Below are positions 1-10,161 of a stretch of DNA of 64,000 nt, piece by piece; positions within the stretch are counted from its first letter, which is position 1, and every line of letters begins with the position of its first letter. The stretch comes from Gammaproteobacteria bacterium (lineage in GTDB: Bacteria > Pseudomonadota > Gammaproteobacteria > Eutrophobiales > Eutrophobiaceae). A model generated the notes under the pieces. The model ran no database searches and was not told where the DNA came from. It saw only the letters and a list, made by a program, of their open reading frames with translations. A program made the translations under genes and the position numbers. The stretch lies in assembly GCA_965116495.1 (NCBI GenBank), contig OZ220696.1, forward strand, positions 640,001-704,000, in the 5' to 3' direction.

Positions 1-1214
1 GTACTGACGATGGCAGCGGGGTTCAGTCCGGCGCTGTACCAGTACCTGCTCCCCGGACTCTCGTCGTATAGATCATCGACCTGCAATTGATCTTTCTCCA
101 GCCAGCGCTGGGCAAGCATGCAACCCAGGAGCGGCCCGAAAAACGCAGTGTAGTAATTGATGAAAGCAACAAAATTCGCGCCGCTTTCAAGCAGGACCCA
201 GGGAAACGAAAGACTCGCGAGAATCCCCGTCAAAATGACTCCTTTTTGCCAGTTGAATCCGAATAACTCCTCGAAAATGAATGCCGGCGGCAAGATATTA
301 ATGGTCAAGTTGGTGCTGAACTGTGCTACCAGGATGAAAACCAGCATCAGTATCATGACCACTGGGCCCGGGGACAATTGCATCAGCGCCTGTATGGGGT
401 CCCATTGGCCGGTCGTCACCGCGGACACGAAGCCGAGAAACATCATTAACCCCAGGGGCGGTATGAGTCCGAACAAATGTCCCAGCCACATGCTGCTTTG
501 CTTGTTTTCGAGATAGCGGGTCAAATCGCTTGCGCTGACCATGACCGCGACAAGAATACCCACGGTGGCGTTTACCCCGGTCCAGAATGACCAGCCCCAG
601 TCGCCGCTGACGCGCCAGGTCTCGTCGATTTCGAACTGCTCGTTTTGCAGCGTGGAAATCAGCATCTCCACGATGATCAGTACCAGCGCTATGGATGCCG
701 CAACGGTAAACCATTTCATCATCCGGATGCCGCGGCAGGCGAACCATGTTTGGATGATGAGAAAAGCAAAAAAGTAAATCAGCTTGATACCGTCAAAGGT
801 AAACCCTGTCAGGGTCTGGATAATCCCATCCATGGCCAGGGCGGCTATCCAGGTACCGAAGCCATACCAGACAATTGCCGGCACCAGGCGGATAAGCTCT
901 GGGAAACGCGCGCCCCGAATGCCGAATGACGCCCGTACCTGTATGCAAAACGGTATCCCGTGCTGCAAGCCGGCCTTCCCATTGAGACTCATGAACAGCG
1001 TCATGATCAGCGCAGACAACAGTATGACCGCGCTGCCCTGGACCAGGGAAAGATTTCCCTGCGGCGGCAGCAAAGCCTGGCCCAGTACAAAGCCCTGGAT
1101 AACAATCAGTGATGCCCACAGCATCAGAGTATAGGACAGGAGGTTGAACACCCTGTCGCCGTGACCGACCGGTTTCAAACCCTCGATTCTTGAATTGCCA
1201 CCCGCGTCAGCCAT
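1..1214 (-). CDS. NCS1 family nucleobase/allantoin:cation symporter (3' end runs off the window)
   Basis: Manual translation from ATG at 1214: [38 protein letters not shown]...[44 protein letters not shown]. The GxxxxxGIP...RASFGxxGA and WYG motifs are typical of NCS1. Not in the ORF track because no stop lies in the window. Confidence 0.88.
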   Translation of the reverse strand, partial: MADAGGNSRIEGLKPVGHGDRVFNLLSYTLMLWASLIVIQGFVLGQALLPPQGNLSLVQGSAVILLSALIMTLFMSLNGKAGLQHGIPFCIQVRASFGIRGARFPELIRLVPAIVWYGFGTWIAALAMDGIIQTLTGFTFDGIKLIYFFAFLIIQTWFACRGIRMMKWFTVAASIALVLIIVEMLISTLQNEQFEIDETWRVSGDWGWSFWTGVNATVGILVAVMVSASDLTRYLENKQSSMWLGHLFGLIPPLGLMMFLGFVSAVTTGQWDPIQALMQLSPGPVVMILMLVFILVAQFSTNLTINILPPAFIFEELFGFNWQKGVILTGILASLSFPWVLLESGANFVAFINYYTAFFGPLLGCMLAQRWLEKDQLQVDDLYDESPGSRYWYSAGLNPAAIVS

Positions 1215-1219
1215 CGCTT

Positions 1220-1352
1220 AATTCCTGAGTCCCAATCCCCACCTCGTAATTCCAAATACCTAATCCGTAATTCCCAATTCCTAATTCCTAATTCCCAATT
1301 CCTAATTCCCAATTCCTAATTCCCAATTCCTAATTCCCAATTCCTAATTCCC
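1220..1352. repeat. Heptamer tandem repeat (AATTCCY)n: 12 perfect copies (1269-1352) plus 7 degenerate in-register copies (1220-1268)
   Basis: Read directly as mostly alternating aattccc/aattcct units. The array fills nearly the whole puuE-NCS1 spacer and overlaps the puuE stop codon. Confidence 0.95.
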
Positions 1353-2261
1353 AATATCATAGGGGTGTGTCGCAATCCAGTGTCTGGCAATATCAATCCG
1401 CCGGGTGACCCACACGTCGTCATGCTTCATGACATAGTCGAGAAACCATTCGAGGCCGGGGATACGGGCAGGATGGCCGATGACCCGAAGGTGAAGGCCG
1501 ATCGACATCATTTTCGGATGTGTCTCACCCTCCCGGTACATGACGTCGAAACAGTCCTGGAGATAATCGCTGAATTCGCGCGCCGTGGAAAATGAACCCA
1601 GGGCAAACTTGGCGTCATTGTTACTCAGGGTATAAGGGACAACCAGGTGCGGGTGTCCGTTTACCTGTACCCAGTAGGGCAGGTCATCGTTATACGCATC
1701 GGAGTCATAAAGAAAGTTTCCCTCCTCAACAATCAGTCGTCTTGTATTGACGCTCGGGCCGTAACGGCAATACCAGCCGTAAGGTCTTTCCCCAACAGTT
1801 TTTTCCAATGACCTTATGGCCCGGTGAATATGCTCGCGTTCCTCTTCTATATCGAGATCGAAATGATTTTCCCAGCGCCAGCCATGACAACAGACATCGT
1901 AGTCAGCCTTTTTTATCGCTTCAGCGGCAGGAGGATGACGTTCCAGCGCCAAGGCACAGCCAAATACCGTTAACGGCAGGTTTCGCTCCTGAAACAGGCG
2001 CAATACCCGCCAGAACCCGACCCGGGAGCCGTATTCGTACATGGATTCCGCTGCCAGGTCCCGCCCTTTGAGACCGGGATCGTAGCCGCCGACTTCCGTC
2101 AGGGCGCTGTCTGAACGGGCATCGCCGTCCGGTATTGAATTCTCCGATCCTTCTTCGTAATTCAGAACAAAATTAAGCGCAAGCCGCGCACCGTTCGGCC
2201 AGGCCGGATCCGGCGGGGTTGCGCCGTAACCAATCAGGTCTCTTTCTGATGAGTAAGCCAC
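1344..2261 (-). CDS. puuE: PuuE-like allantoinase (polysaccharide deacetylase fold)
   Basis: RDLIGYG...WPNGARLALNFVLNYEEG, ESMYEYGSRVGFWR, HGWRW, YDSDAYNDDLPYW, PKMMSIGLH. Adjacent to ureidoglycolate lyase and an NCS1 permease. Confidence 0.8.
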   Translation of the reverse strand: MAYSSERDLIGYGATPPDPAWPNGARLALNFVLNYEEGSENSIPDGDARSDSALTEVGGYDPGLKGRDLAAESMYEYGSRVGFWRVLRLFQERNLPLTVFGCALALERHPPAAEAIKKADYDVCCHGWRWENHFDLDIEEEREHIHRAIRSLEKTVGERPYGWYCRYGPSVNTRRLIVEEGNFLYDSDAYNDDLPYWVQVNGHPHLVVPYTLSNNDAKFALGSFSTAREFSDYLQDCFDVMYREGETHPKMMSIGLHLRVIGHPARIPGLEWFLDYVMKHDDVWVTRRIDIARHWIATHPYDIGN

Positions 2262-2281
2262 TATGAATCCATCTGCTTATG

Positions 2282-2785
2282 CTATTCCGCCATGTCAGCG
2301 GGCAGCACGACTTCAAACGGCGTATCGATATCCAGAAACTCTTCGTCGCCGCTGCTGCCATCGCACCACATCAAAACAGCCATTACGGCTGTTTCATCGA
2401 GTACGGTCATACCATGATGCCAGACACCGCGCCGGTATGTAATACCCTGGTCGCGCTCAGCCACAAAGGCCCTGACACCGGCCAGGTCCGGACCGCCAGC
2501 GCCACTGTCAGGTGCGACGACGACAAAATACCTGGATGCCTTCAATGGTAAAAACGTCTGACTTGAAAACGGGTGGCGTTCCATCACGGTCGCATGCAGG
2601 GGCAGCTTGTCGACAGGTTTTATCGTGGCGAGGGAGAGATCGACCCGTGCGCCGCTGCGGGTGTTTTCAAGCCGCTCATTGAAGAATTCACGGACGCCTT
2701 CATGCGGCCTGTGAATTACCTCTCCGAATTCGGAAAAACCATCCTTGTTCAATGGCTCGGCAATGATTTTCGGTATGCTGGTCAT
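2282..2785 (-). CDS. allA: Ureidoglycolate lyase
   Basis: AEPL...FSEFGEVI, MERHPFSSQTFLP, AFVA...QGITYRRGVWHH motifs. Confidence 0.88.
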   Translation of the reverse strand: MTSIPKIIAEPLNKDGFSEFGEVIHRPHEGVREFFNERLENTRSGARVDLSLATIKPVDKLPLHATVMERHPFSSQTFLPLKASRYFVVVAPDSGAGGPDLAGVRAFVAERDQGITYRRGVWHHGMTVLDETAVMAVLMWCDGSSGDEEFLDIDTPFEVVLPADMAE

Positions 2786-2794
2786 TTTCAGTAG

Positions 2795-4594
2795 TTAGTC
2801 CGCCGTACCCCGGAGACTCTTTGTCCGGTCAAGATCCAGCGTGTCCGTCGCCGTGATCACCACACCGTATTTGTCCCGGGCTTCATTTCGGGAAATATAG
2901 CCATCCAGGTAATCATTAAGGACCTGGTTTGCATCGCGCTCATAAGGATTGCCATAACCGCCACCCGAGCCGCCTATGGCAATGAATCTGTCACCTGCCG
3001 ACGCAGGCCGGGTTTGCAACATTGACGGCAGGTTGATTTGTTCGCCGTTGTTTTGTTTCAGTATCAATTCTGACGATACGCCATTACTGCCTCCGTCAAA
3101 ACCCCAGCCCTGCTGGGAATGACCGTCGCCTTCGGCGCTGACCGAGCCATCCGCCAGAAATTCCACCTCCTTGATCATGCCAAGCCCGCCGCGCCACTTG
3201 CCGGCGGGACAGGCCTTGTCCCTTAATTGGTACTGGTTGACCCGTAACGGCACATGGGTTTCGATATCTTCGATTGGATTATTGCGGGTATTGGCATAAA
3301 GGGTGTCCACAGTATCCATGCCGTCCTTGCCAAACCGCCCGCCATAGCTCCCCTCAAATATTTCAATATGCACCCAGTGCCGTTCGCCGCGCAGACCGGA
3401 AAAACCAAGGGCCTTGAGATTGGCTATACCCGCACTGACCTGGTTCGGCAGGACAGGCGCCAGCGCCCGCATCAGTGTATCCGCCAGCACATTGCCTGGA
3501 GAGACACGGGCCATTGTCGGCGCAGGAAAAACCGGATTTGCCAGTGACCCCCTGGGAGCCGTGATATGTATCGGTCGATACAACCCGGCATTCTGCGGTA
3601 TATCGCCATGCACCTCGGTATCGAGCAGGATTGAGCGCAGGGTCAACCAGATGGAAACATCAACCGTTCCTATGAACGGCATATTAATGGCGTGACCCTC
3701 TACCTGTCCAGCCGTACCTGTCAGGTCAACTGTCAATTCAGATCCTGAAACAGTGACCGTAACCTGTATGGGCAGTAATTTTAAATCGGGATCAGAATGA
3801 TCCAGATAACCATCTACCACGCCTGTTGCGGAGTAACTTCCGTCAGGAATTTTCTCTATCTGCGTCCGCATCAATCGCTCGGAATAATCGAACAGGTCTT
3901 CCGCTGCCTCACGCAGTACGTGCAGGCCAAACCGGTCGATGAGTGCAACAAACCGTTCGGCCCCGACACGGCAGGCAGCAATCTGGGCTTCCATGTCTCC
4001 CACTATCAAATCGGGGACTCGGACATTATCCCGTATCAGTTGCCACACGGCGCCGTTGCTGACACCCCCGTCTTCCACCTTTATGGCTTTGAACTGTAAT
4101 CCTTCCGCATAGGCGTCGGCACAGTTGGAAATACCGACACTCCCCGGTTCACATGATCCGATATCGAGATGATGAGCTGTCGTCATTGAGAAGCCGATGA
4201 GTTCCCCGGCATAGAACACGGGCACGCAGAAACCAATATCCGGACTGTGGGAGGCCCCGTTATACGCATCATTGTGTATAATCACATCGCCTTCGCGCAG
4301 GACGTCACCGCGCTCATGTAATTGTTTCAGTATCCCCTGGACATAGCCTGGAATAGGGCCGGACTGCAGCGGCGTACTCTTCTTGCATTCACAAAGCTGC
4401 CGGCCTTGCGCGTCACACAGGGCCGCGCCAAAGTCCTCGGATTCGCGGATGATGCTGGAATAGGACATTCGCATAAGCTTGTATCCCATTTCTATTGCGA
4501 TGTTCTCCAGGGCGCCGTAGATGATACTGGCGGTAACGGGATCTACCCGAGCGGCGCCTGATTGCAGTTTATTTTGCGTGACGGCAACGTTCAT
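2795..4594 (-). CDS. hyuB: Hydantoinase B/oxoprolinase family subunit
   Basis: DPVTASII...SYSSIIRESEDF, HNDAYNGASHSPD, AHHLDIG, EGLQF, GKWRGGLG, GGGYGNP. The start was moved to the ATG at 4594. Confidence 0.9.
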   Translation of the reverse strand: MNVAVTQNKLQSGAARVDPVTASIIYGALENIAIEMGYKLMRMSYSSIIRESEDFGAALCDAQGRQLCECKKSTPLQSGPIPGYVQGILKQLHERGDVLREGDVIIHNDAYNGASHSPDIGFCVPVFYAGELIGFSMTTAHHLDIGSCEPGSVGISNCADAYAEGLQFKAIKVEDGGVSNGAVWQLIRDNVRVPDLIVGDMEAQIAACRVGAERFVALIDRFGLHVLREAAEDLFDYSERLMRTQIEKIPDGSYSATGVVDGYLDHSDPDLKLLPIQVTVTVSGSELTVDLTGTAGQVEGHAINMPFIGTVDVSIWLTLRSILLDTEVHGDIPQNAGLYRPIHITAPRGSLANPVFPAPTMARVSPGNVLADTLMRALAPVLPNQVSAGIANLKALGFSGLRGERHWVHIEIFEGSYGGRFGKDGMDTVDTLYANTRNNPIEDIETHVPLRVNQYQLRDKACPAGKWRGGLGMIKEVEFLADGSVSAEGDGHSQQGWGFDGGSNGVSSELILKQNNGEQINLPSMLQTRPASAGDRFIAIGGSGGGYGNPYERDANQVLNDYLDGYISRNEARDKYGVVITATDTLDLDRTKSLRGTAD

Positions 4595-4841
4595 CTTGTA
4601 ACTGTAAATTATTTTTGCGCGGGTATGTATGCCCTGATTACCTTGAATCGTGAATACTGTAGCGTATTCGTGGCGCAAGTTGAAGATGAATCCACTTTCA
4701 TTTAAGATGATTGCCTGCTATCCATGCCGGCCAATCAGCTTATCAACTTGAATCATCAGCGAAAAAAGACCTTGAGGTAAAACGGAAACCGGAACAGTAT
4801 GGTGCGGGTTGAGACACACTTTAGGAGGAACACCAGCGAAC

Positions 4842-6920
4842 ATGAAAGTCATCGGTGTTGATGTCGGCGGTACATTTACGGATATTGTCCTGACCGATTC
4901 GGCCACCAGCGAAATTGCAATTCACAAGATCGCCAGTACCCCAGGTGACTCCTCCATAGCCGTCATCCAGGGAATTGCCGAAATATGCGAACGCAACGAC
5001 GTTGCCCACGAAGATATTGAGCATGTGTTCCACGGTACAACAGTCTCCACAAATGCGGTGCTGCAGTACCAGGGTGTGCAGGCCGGCATGATAACGACGG
5101 CCGGTTTCCGCGATATTATTCATATCGGTCGTCACCAGCGACCGCAACACTATTCAATAATGCAGGACATACCCTGGCAGGCAAGACCGTTAATCAAGCG
5201 GCGTTTTCGCAAGACTGTTACCGAACGGCTGACTCCTCCGAACGGCGAAGTACTGGTGCCGCTGAATGAGGGCGAGGTCAGGCAGGCCGCGCTTGAATTA
5301 CATGATGCGGGCATTAATTCTATCGCGATCTGTTTTCTGTTCTCTTATCTCAACCCGGAGCACGAGGAGCGCGCCAGAACCATTGTAAAAGAACAGTGCC
5401 CGGATGCCTTTGTCACTACCTCCAGCGAAGTTTCACCCCAGTTCCGTGAATTCGAGCGTTTTACAACGGCTGCCATGAATGCATTTATCGGACCGTTGGT
5501 GCATAAATACATCGATAACCTTGAACAGGCGCTGAATGCAGAGAAAATCAGGGCAGAGTTGCATATCATGCGTTCGAACGGGGGTGTCGCAACCGCGAAA
5601 ACGATCTCGCGAATACCCGTAAATACCATGATGTCCGGCCTCGCCGCCGGTGTTCTGGGGGGAGCCTGGGTCGGAGAACTGGCACAGCGGAAAAACGTTA
5701 TTACATTTGATGTCGGCGGCACCAGCGCAGATATCGGCGTTGTTACGGATGGTGCATTTGCCGAGGCTTCAGCACGGGATACATTCATTGGCGGGTATCC
5801 GATTATGGTCCCAATGGTCGACGTCCATACCATCGGCGCCGGTGGTGGTTCCATCGCATGCCTAGATGATGGCGGGGCATTCAGGGTAGGCCCGCAAAGC
5901 GCCGGTGCAATACCTGGTCCGGCCGCATACGCCCAAGGCGGCACTGAGGCTACCGTCACCGATGCAAACCTGGTATTGGGCAGATTGGATAAAGGAAACT
6001 TTCTTGGTGGCGCCATGGAACTGGATGCCGGGGCGGCGACGGAAGCAGTACGGCGCATGGCGAACCGCCTGGGGATCCCGCTGCTGGATGCCGCCGAAGG
6101 AATTACCACCCTGCTTAATTCCAACATGGCGAATGCCATTCGCGCCCGTACCGTACAAAAAGGAATCGACCCGCGTGATTATGCGCTTGTTGCCTCCGGT
6201 GGGGCCGGCCCTTTGCATGGCACAGAGGTTGCCCGAATCCTGGAAATACCGGAAGTCATCGTACCTCCCTATCCCGGAATAAACTCTGCCATGGGTTTAT
6301 TAACCACGGATTTGAAATACGACATCATTCAAACATCATTCCTGTTGTCTACCGCGATTGACTTTCAACGTTTGAACAGCGGATTTTCAGATATGGAAGC
6401 GCAACTGCGCAACCAGTTTGAAGCCGACAACATCGACCCGGATGCGGCGCGTTACCTGCGCTATACGGACATTCATTATGTTGGTCAAGGATACGAATTA
6501 CGTGTGCCGGTGCCGGGTGGTGAAGTGAATGAAGAAGCCATCCAGGAAACGCTGGCAGCATTTCATGCTTTACACCACAGTGAATATGGCCACAGTTTTC
6601 CGGACAGCCCGGTAGAGTTCGTCAATATAAGGGTTACGGGGATCGGCCCAATGCCGAAGATCGGAACACCAACGGTGGCATCCGGCGGGTCTCTGGACAA
6701 GGCCCTGGTCAAGCGCGGCATGACTGTGTTTCGGCTTGAAGAACACCTGGATGAGTATGAAACAGCTTTCTACAGGCGCCCCGATCTGCCGTTAAATACC
6801 AGGATTACCGGCCCCGCCATCATTCTGCAGACTGATTCGACTACTGTCGTGCCACCGGATTGTTCCATAACGGCAGCCTCTTCCGGCATCCTTGTAATAG
6901 ATGTCGGGAGAAATCAATAA
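4842..6920 (+). CDS. hyuA: Hydantoinase A/oxoprolinase family ATP-binding subunit
   Basis: IGVDVGGTFTD, HGTTVSTNA, EFERFTT, DVGGTSAD, IGAGGGS, GPQSAGAIPGP, TVTDAN. AGGAGG lies upstream of the ATG at 4842. Confidence 0.92.
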   Translation: MKVIGVDVGGTFTDIVLTDSATSEIAIHKIASTPGDSSIAVIQGIAEICERNDVAHEDIEHVFHGTTVSTNAVLQYQGVQAGMITTAGFRDIIHIGRHQRPQHYSIMQDIPWQARPLIKRRFRKTVTERLTPPNGEVLVPLNEGEVRQAALELHDAGINSIAICFLFSYLNPEHEERARTIVKEQCPDAFVTTSSEVSPQFREFERFTTAAMNAFIGPLVHKYIDNLEQALNAEKIRAELHIMRSNGGVATAKTISRIPVNTMMSGLAAGVLGGAWVGELAQRKNVITFDVGGTSADIGVVTDGAFAEASARDTFIGGYPIMVPMVDVHTIGAGGGSIACLDDGGAFRVGPQSAGAIPGPAAYAQGGTEATVTDANLVLGRLDKGNFLGGAMELDAGAATEAVRRMANRLGIPLLDAAEGITTLLNSNMANAIRARTVQKGIDPRDYALVASGGAGPLHGTEVARILEIPEVIVPPYPGINSAMGLLTTDLKYDIIQTSFLLSTAIDFQRLNSGFSDMEAQLRNQFEADNIDPDAARYLRYTDIHYVGQGYELRVPVPGGEVNEEAIQETLAAFHALHHSEYGHSFPDSPVEFVNIRVTGIGPMPKIGTPTVASGGSLDKALVKRGMTVFRLEEHLDEYETAFYRRPDLPLNTRITGPAIILQTDSTTVVPPDCSITAASSGILVIDVGRNQ

Positions 6921-7016
6921 CGCCGGATAACCGCACTCCTGCCATACAGGGCAGGGGCTTTATTATTGTGCCGTAGTTGTGAAGACCTGCTTTCGTCACC
7001 GGCCTTGCCCAATGGT

Positions 7017-7439
7017 TTAAATGAGTCCGAGAAAAGGCAGTAAAATCAACAAGCCGGTCAATATCCCCATCACGCCAAAAAACTTCTGCCCCTGTTTGAA
7101 GAATATAACTGACGCAGCAAATGAAGCGGGTACAACTGAAAATATACCGAAAACAATGCCGGACATGGCCAATGAGTCGGCGTTCCATAATTGATACAGG
7201 TACCAGTGAGCGTCGGGTAGTTGCCCGGTGGAATTGAGCCAGATTTCTGCGGCCCCCTTTCCGTCCCAGATGGAATTGAACAGGTAAGCCGGCTCGATCA
7301 AGCCGGGCATGCCCAGAAATGCACACGTCGTACTGATAATGACCAGGAATGATGCAACAATCGTGCACCAATACACGATCTCACCGTAAATTCTGGCTAT
7401 CGGTGACTGCTGGACTGGTGGTTGACCGGGTTCGTGCAT
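7017..7439 (-). CDS. Small membrane protein (DUF1634-like companion of TauE)
   Basis: 140 aa with about three hydrophobic segments, 9 bp downstream of tauE. Confidence 0.65.
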   Translation of the reverse strand: MHEPGQPPVQQSPIARIYGEIVYWCTIVASFLVIISTTCAFLGMPGLIEPAYLFNSIWDGKGAAEIWLNSTGQLPDAHWYLYQLWNADSLAMSGIVFGIFSVVPASFAASVIFFKQGQKFFGVMGILTGLLILLPFLGLI

Positions 7440-7448
7440 AGGTTGCTT

Positions 7449-8486
7449 TCAAATAAAGGGAATTTGAAACATGAATACGCCTTCCAAGCCCCTGACGATC
7501 AATTTCAAACCGGTCAATAACAGCAACGCGATTAACAGTATCCTCACAAAACCGGCGCGCACGATGCTGAGAATATATGCGCCAATAATGCCGCCGATAA
7601 CCTGGCCCAGCATCCAGGGTGCGACAAACAGGGGAATGAGCGCACCAGCGGCGATATAAGGCCAGATGGCCGCGGCGTTACCCAGGGCAAGCAACACACC
7701 GCTGCAACCTGCGGACAGTTTCAGGGGCACGTACATCAACAGGTTGAATATGGGCACCACGGACCAACCCCCACCCAGTCCGAAGAACCCACCGACAAAG
7801 CCGACCAGTACCAGCAGCAGCAGCCCGTAGCGGCCGCGTCTGATTTTGTAGTCAACTTTTCTGTTAAGCGAGGCATCCCAGTAAGAACCTGACAGGCCCA
7901 GACCTTTAGCCAGTGGGCCCTCATTTTCGTTGACCGGGTATTCGCTGTGTTTGCCGCTGAGAATAAACAGGCCGGCAATGCCGAGAATGAGCAACCCCAG
8001 GCTCAACCTGACGAATGCATCGCCGGTCTCGCCAAATTGACGGGACAGGTGGACAGCGCTGTAGGCGCCTGACAACGACCCCAGGATAATGGGAACGGCG
8101 CCGAAAAACACCAGCTTGATGTCAACCAGACCGCGGCGCAACAGCGGCCTGGCTGAAATCAGTCCGCTGAACATCGCCACGACCAGCCCTGTGGCACGTA
8201 CGATGAGAGTATCGACAGATGTAAATCCCAGGATAATGGGGGTGAAAATCACCCCGCCGCCGACACCGCCCAGCACTGCAACTATTGCAATCAGCACACT
8301 GAAAACAAACGAACCGAACATTCCCAGTATGATCAGACCGCCATGAAATTCGCCGCTATCTGCTATGTTGGAAAATACTGCAATAACAACATAGGAAAGC
8401 AGCGTTAACAATACCAGGAGGGTAAGCTCCGGCGCCCATAGTTGAACTGGTTTTTTACTGCCTGCTTCCTGGAGTGAGGTGTTCAT
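7449..8486 (-). CDS. tauE: Sulfite exporter TauE/SafE family protein
   Basis: Two GxGGG repeats (LGGVGGGVIFTP and FFGLGGGWSVVP), multi-TM, downstream of soeC. Confidence 0.85.
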   Translation of the reverse strand: MNTSLQEAGSKKPVQLWAPELTLLVLLTLLSYVVIAVFSNIADSGEFHGGLIILGMFGSFVFSVLIAIVAVLGGVGGGVIFTPIILGFTSVDTLIVRATGLVVAMFSGLISARPLLRRGLVDIKLVFFGAVPIILGSLSGAYSAVHLSRQFGETGDAFVRLSLGLLILGIAGLFILSGKHSEYPVNENEGPLAKGLGLSGSYWDASLNRKVDYKIRRGRYGLLLLVLVGFVGGFFGLGGGWSVVPIFNLLMYVPLKLSAGCSGVLLALGNAAAIWPYIAAGALIPLFVAPWMLGQVIGGIIGAYILSIVRAGFVRILLIALLLLTGLKLIVRGLEGVFMFQIPFI

Positions 8487-8495
8487 TAAACGGTA

Positions 8496-9428
8496 TCAGT
8501 AATAGAGCATCACTGTGTGTTTTGCTTCTGCGAAGAATAACCAGCGCTCGATCAAAATTCCGAAAAGCATGACTGAAACTGCGATTGTCACGCCGGCCAG
8601 GCGCAGCGCGGGAATATCCACAATACTCAGCCCAAGTAATACCAGGGGTGTTATAAAACCCAGGGTCACTGCTAGTCGTCGCAGTTTTGCAGAATGTCTG
8701 CGTGCAATTTCATAACCCATTTCCTGCATGAGATAGTTTTGCCGGGTGTGGGGTGATTGCAGCAGTTGCACTTTGCCGAACCGCCCCAGTCCGGTTGCTG
8801 ATTCGGAAGAACTAATCGATGGCGCGTGATCGATATGGGACCAGTATTTTATCTTGAGCAGGCAGGCGCTGATGATGGTTGTGCAGGCGAAGCCTGTTGC
8901 CCACACCTGGTAATAACCGGACCACGCCAGCAGGGCGACGTAAATTGTAGCGCCGGACATTAATGCGAACGTTATGTAAACGGGCGCTACCCATTGATTG
9001 TTCCATGCACTGATCGTTTTCAATGAAGCATAGATCATTGCAGTGGTGAACACAGTTGCCAGGCAAAACGCTGTTGTTACCATCCCGGATATGCCCTGTA
9101 TCAAGCCCGGTCTTTCCATGATGATCCATTCATACGCGAAGAGTATAGCCGGGAAAAAGGTAAGGATTGCGAATATGCCTTCCCGGCTCAGCCATGAAGA
9201 GCGCCACTGGCTTAATGCGCGCCAGGCGCGTTCCGGATGGCCCAGGTGAAATGTCGAGAAAAGCAATCCGACCGTGATCAGGACCAGTGCCGTAGCAACG
9301 CCGTACAGGCCGAAACCGGCATGGTGCGGGACGAACCTAAGCACAACACCGGTACCGAGCAAACCGAGCAACCCATAGCCAGCGCCGGTCAGCGTAGTAA
9401 AGAAAATAACAGAAAATGCGGGATGCAT
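8496..9428 (-). CDS. soeC: Sulfite dehydrogenase membrane anchor SoeC (DmsC/NrfD family)
   Basis: MHPAFSVIFFTTLTGAGYG, STFHLGHPERAWRALSQWRSSWLSREG, ERWLFFAEAKHTVMLYY. The ATG at 9428 lies directly after the soeB stop. Confidence 0.9.
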   Translation of the reverse strand: MHPAFSVIFFTTLTGAGYGLLGLLGTGVVLRFVPHHAGFGLYGVATALVLITVGLLFSTFHLGHPERAWRALSQWRSSWLSREGIFAILTFFPAILFAYEWIIMERPGLIQGISGMVTTAFCLATVFTTAMIYASLKTISAWNNQWVAPVYITFALMSGATIYVALLAWSGYYQVWATGFACTTIISACLLKIKYWSHIDHAPSISSSESATGLGRFGKVQLLQSPHTRQNYLMQEMGYEIARRHSAKLRRLAVTLGFITPLVLLGLSIVDIPALRLAGVTIAVSVMLFGILIERWLFFAEAKHTVMLYY

Positions 9429-9429
9429 G

Positions 9430-10161
9430 TCAGCGGCTGAGGGCCTTGTCCAGCCATCGTAAAACGGCGTTTTCAATATCAGTGACCCGGGGGGCAAGTG
9501 TGGCAGGTTTGCCTTTTTTTCCCTTTCGGGGCGGCAGATACTTGTTAACCGGTTTACAATCCTGCTCCGGCATCAGGTCATAGCCTTGCCGGGATGCAAC
9601 CAGTTTCGCCGCCCCGGAATCCGGATCAGCCAGGTCACCGAAACTCCTGGCCCCGGTAGGGCAGGCGGCAACGCAAGCGGGCACCCGGTCGTGTTCCGGC
9701 AGGTTTTCGTTGTAAATTTTATCTACACACAGCGTGCACTTTTTCATGACTCCGTCTGCTTGATCATATTCCCTGGCGCCGTACGGGCATGCCCAGGAAC
9801 ATAACTTGCAACCGATGCAGGTATCCGGATTAACCAGTACTATGCCGTCTTCTTCCCGTTTATAGGAGGCCCCGGTCGGACATACTGTTACACAGGGGGC
9901 GTCATCACAATGCAGGCACGACCTGGGAAAGTGTACCGTAATCGATTCCCCTTGCTCATTTTCCACTTCATAGGCATGCACCCGGTTGAACCAGACGCCG
10001 GATGGGTCGGCGCCGTAGGGATCGGTATCGGTGGGCGGCGCTGGATTACCGTTGCTGTTCCATGCTTTACAACTGGTGGCACAGGCATGGCAACCGACAC
10101 AGGTATCGAGATCGATCACCAGGCCGAGTTTTTTTCCGGTGGGCCCGGGCAAGCAGGTCAT
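9430..10161 (-). CDS. soeB: Sulfite dehydrogenase Fe-S subunit SoeB
   Basis: LGLVIDLDTCVGCHAC, CLHCDDAPCVTVCP, CIGCKLCSWACP, KKCTLC...PACVAACP: four 4Fe-4S motifs. Confidence 0.92.
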   Translation of the reverse strand: MTCLPGPTGKKLGLVIDLDTCVGCHACATSCKAWNSNGNPAPPTDTDPYGADPSGVWFNRVHAYEVENEQGESITVHFPRSCLHCDDAPCVTVCPTGASYKREEDGIVLVNPDTCIGCKLCSWACPYGAREYDQADGVMKKCTLCVDKIYNENLPEHDRVPACVAACPTGARSFGDLADPDSGAAKLVASRQGYDLMPEQDCKPVNKYLPPRKGKKGKPATLAPRVTDIENAVLRWLDKALSR

